DNA of 63,771 nucleotides, counting the filler, from Octopus bimaculoides (Eukaryota), in the NCBI RefSeq assembly GCF_001194135.2. It is 9 parts of 8 records of this genome, joined end to end, with 100 filler letters (N's around TTAATTAATTAA, not from the genome) between each part and the next. Parts side by side here need not be neighbours in the genome. Positions count along the whole stretch, not along the records: positions 62,620 to 63,771 come from NW_026435766.1; 8 more parts are not named here. One strand, written 5' to 3'. Each line of letters begins with the position of its first letter. Position 1 is the first letter of the stretch. Shown here in pieces: positions 63,721 through 63,771 of this stretch. The notes beneath the pieces are model-generated. The model was not told the DNA's origin and searched no databases. It saw nothing but the letters and a program-made list of their open reading frames with translations. Position numbers and translations under genes: made by a program.

Positions 63721-63771
63721 AATTTCGGTGGACATTGGAATTAGACACTGAGGGAAAATGGCTGTAACTTT

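Overview
AT-rich, gap-ridden, microsatellite-saturated animal genomic DNA. The SINE families and repeat landscape suggest a coleoid cephalopod, probably Octopus (inference from recall, not a search). No host protein-coding gene can be named; nearly all ORF-track entries are microsatellite or N-run artefacts. The window is dominated by decayed mobile DNA: tRNA-derived SINEs (three or more families), R4/Dong-like REL LINEs in (TAA)n, a second REL LINE family ending in (CATA)n, RTE, CR1-like and Tx1-like LINE pieces, Penelope-like elements (PLEs, including a large RT+GIY-YIG piece), mariner, maT-like and Tigger/pogo transposase remnants, a Gypsy gag remnant, and many MITE/foldback elements. The most notable signal is a set of type-I hammerhead ribozyme (HHR) motifs from several families: one fully canonical, one family with an unusually long, structurally conserved stem II, and one inside a 319-bp periodic unit. 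A few weak candidate host exons and a nascent higher-order minisatellite are also reported. All family assignments come from manual translation and motif recognition; boundaries of decayed elements are approximate.
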